From Barthelona sp. PAP020 (lineage: Eukaryota): 64,000 bases of DNA. A model generated the notes under the pieces. The model had not been told where the DNA came from. It did not search any database and saw only the letters and a list, made by a program, of their open reading frames with translations. Within the stretch, counting starts at the first letter, position 1; each line of letters starts with the position of its first letter. Where the stretch lies: assembly GCA_040182905.1 (NCBI GenBank), contig JARQWU010000017.1, forward strand, positions 1 through 64,000, in the 5' to 3' direction. A program made the position numbers and the translations under genes. Positions 62,388 to 64,000 of the stretch are shown one piece after another.

Positions 62388-62554
62388 TTTTTGCATTAGT
62401 TTTACCATGCAAATAATTTCCCTTCCAACCAAATTGAAAAAAACATAAGATTTTGTAGTCCTTTCCCAAAGAGTAGTGAATGTTTGATAAATAGTTATTT
62501 CTCAATTCTTTGTTTGTAAGTTGATTTAATTTTTTTAGTTATTTTTTGAGATTG

Positions 62555-64000
62555 ATGAGTTCTATTTCGGTACGAAGAGCCACTTTAGAAGATATTTCTG
62601 AGATAGAAGATGTTTTGAAAGATGTATTATATTTTCTATCCAGAAAACATGGAGAAATAACGTTATATGAATTGATTGAACAACAAGCTATATCCCAATT
62701 ATGTTATTTGGAAGATAAATTGATTGGTTTTATGTGTTTTGATTTCCTTCCACTTGTTGAATTAAACCAATGGCAAAATTTATTTGATGTCCCTTGTTCT
62801 TATTTTAACACTATGTTTTTGAATTATTGTTTTATTGATCCTACATATTTTGAAGAAGTTACCAATATTATGTTGGTTAGTATGTTTAATACAGTTTCTC
62901 GAATTGATTATTTGCTAACACCATATAAATATTCAGAAGTAACGATTCCATTGCCTAATTTGGAATGTAATCAATTGGCAAATGACTTAAATGTAACTTT
63001 ATTACGTCGAGATAAAATAGTTCCCACATTAGTTTGCAGTAGATCTGATATTCAAGATTCTGATGATATTATTGAGATTTTTAATGAAACTACAATCACT
63101 AAAGATCAAGATGTTGGAGATTTTTTTATTGCACATACTATTATTGATTCTTTGAAAGATAAGGATTTAGAAGTTGTTACTGTAAGATCAAAGAATGAAG
63201 TTATTGGTTTTTTAAAAATACAAAAGAACAATTCCTTGGTTTTAAAGAATTTGAAAAGTTGTTATGATCTGGTTTCTTTTGAACTAAGTGTTGAAAATTG
63301 TATGTTTATTGAATTGTGTTGTTTTAAAAATGGTACAGAAGCCAGATTTTGTGATGTACTTTCTTATCTTTTTGAACAATTTGAACATATTCATTACATT
63401 ACGTTACAAGTTTATTGTGATTCAAAAGCTCCTGATTATGTTGATCAATTCAATTATGTCCAACCAACTATTTATAATATTGATAAAGTATTGTATATTG
63501 CTAGTAGAAAAGGATTCCTTGGTTATAATAGTTTAAAAACAAGTTTTGACGATAATATTGTAAAGCTTGAGCATGGAAATCAAATAGTTGCTGGTTTAGA
63601 ATGTCATTTTGCAAATGAGGATGAAGTTGAAATGATTGTTGAATTTTATCACAGTTCTCAATATCTTGGAACTTTTTCAAGGCAAATGTTACCAAAAATT
63701 TTGGTCATTGATGCGTTTAATATTCCAGCAGATTATTACTTTTTTACTAGATATTTGTTGCAAGAAGCATTAAGATTTTCATCTTGTGTTAGTTGTGCAT
63801 ATTTTTCTAATATAGATACAAAATTGCCTGATTTTTTAAACAATTTGCAATTCATTCAACCACGTAATGTTGGACACATCCCTTCAGGAAATTCAACTTT
63901 GAATAAACATTGTAAAAATCGCAAATACCCTCTTTGTCCTTTACAATTGACTACTAAATCATTGTTGACAATACAACAACAGCATATTAACAAACGTTTA
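62555..64000 (+). CDS. CFAP61: Cilia- and flagella-associated protein 61, 5' part (runs off the window)
   Basis: Not in the ORF track. MSSISVRRATLEDISEI...LIE...IGFMCF...FNTMFLNYCF...MFNTVSRIDYLL matches the GNAT-like N-terminal domain of CFAP61; the frame appears open to the window end. Confidence 0.75.
   Translation, partial: MSSISVRRATLEDISEIEDVLKDVLYFLSRKHGEITLYELIEQQAISQLCYLEDKLIGFMCFDFLPLVELNQWQNLFDVPCSYFNTMFLNYCFIDPTYFEEVTNIMLVSMFNTVSRIDYLLTPYKYSEVTIPLPNLECNQLANDLNVTLLRRDKIVPTLVCSRSDIQDSDDIIEIFNETTITKDQDVGDFFIAHTIIDSLKDKDLEVVTVRSKNEVIGFLKIQKNNSLVLKNLKSCYDLVSFELSVENCMFIELCCFKNGTEARFCDVLSYLFEQFEHIHYITLQVYCDSKAPDYVDQFNYVQPTIYNIDKVLYIASRKGFLGYNSLKTSFDDNIVKLEHGNQIVAGLECHFANEDEVEMIVEFYHSSQYLGTFSRQMLPKILVIDAFNIPADYYFFTRYLLQEALRFSSCVSCAYFSNIDTKLPDFLNNLQFIQPRNVGHIPSGNSTLNKHCKNRKYPLCPLQLTTKSLLTIQQQHINKRL

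Noticed and set aside
1..64000. Alternative genetic code or stop-codon reassignment
   Set aside because: Conserved proteins translate full length with the standard code, and TAA, TAG and TGA all terminate genes at the expected positions.
1..64000. tRNA, rRNA, CRISPR arrays, transposases
   Set aside because: No T-loop/cloverleaf, rRNA signature, regular repeat-spacer array or DDE/RT motif was recognised by eye.

Overview
AT-rich, very gene-dense eukaryotic DNA with about 43 protein genes in 64 kb and intergenic gaps often under 200 bp. It uses the standard genetic code, with all three stops as terminators. Only three clear introns were found, all tiny (34-42 nt, GT-AG). Basal-body/axoneme genes (CEP19, MKS1-type B9, CFAP61) point to a flagellated protist. 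The compact layout, micro-introns and several prokaryote-type genes would fit an anaerobic metamonad-like lineage, but that placement is inference. Most content is housekeeping: eIF4A, eIF4E, eIF5, XRN2, PTEN, TMCO1, PCIF1, MED7, USP12/46, ArgRS, EB1, NMNAT, an AGC kinase, RNF32 and RNF113. Two genes missing from the ORF track were recovered at the window edges (eIF4A, CFAP61), and two split genes were rebuilt across introns. The most intriguing element is an unassigned ~400-nt GC-enriched, multi-hairpin non-coding island at 47.3-47.7 kb, probably a structured RNA on the - strand. Other highlights: a miniature alpha2delta-like Cache-VWA receptor with an intact amino-acid-binding motif; prokaryote-type DUF2589, HAD and ArgRS genes; two convergent genes overlapping in a palindrome so that both proteins end in YEIS; a strong TGA(W)T stop bias; and a decayed WD40 pseudogene. 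No tRNA, rRNA, CRISPR or transposase was recognised. All family calls are from motif recognition by eye, not database searches.
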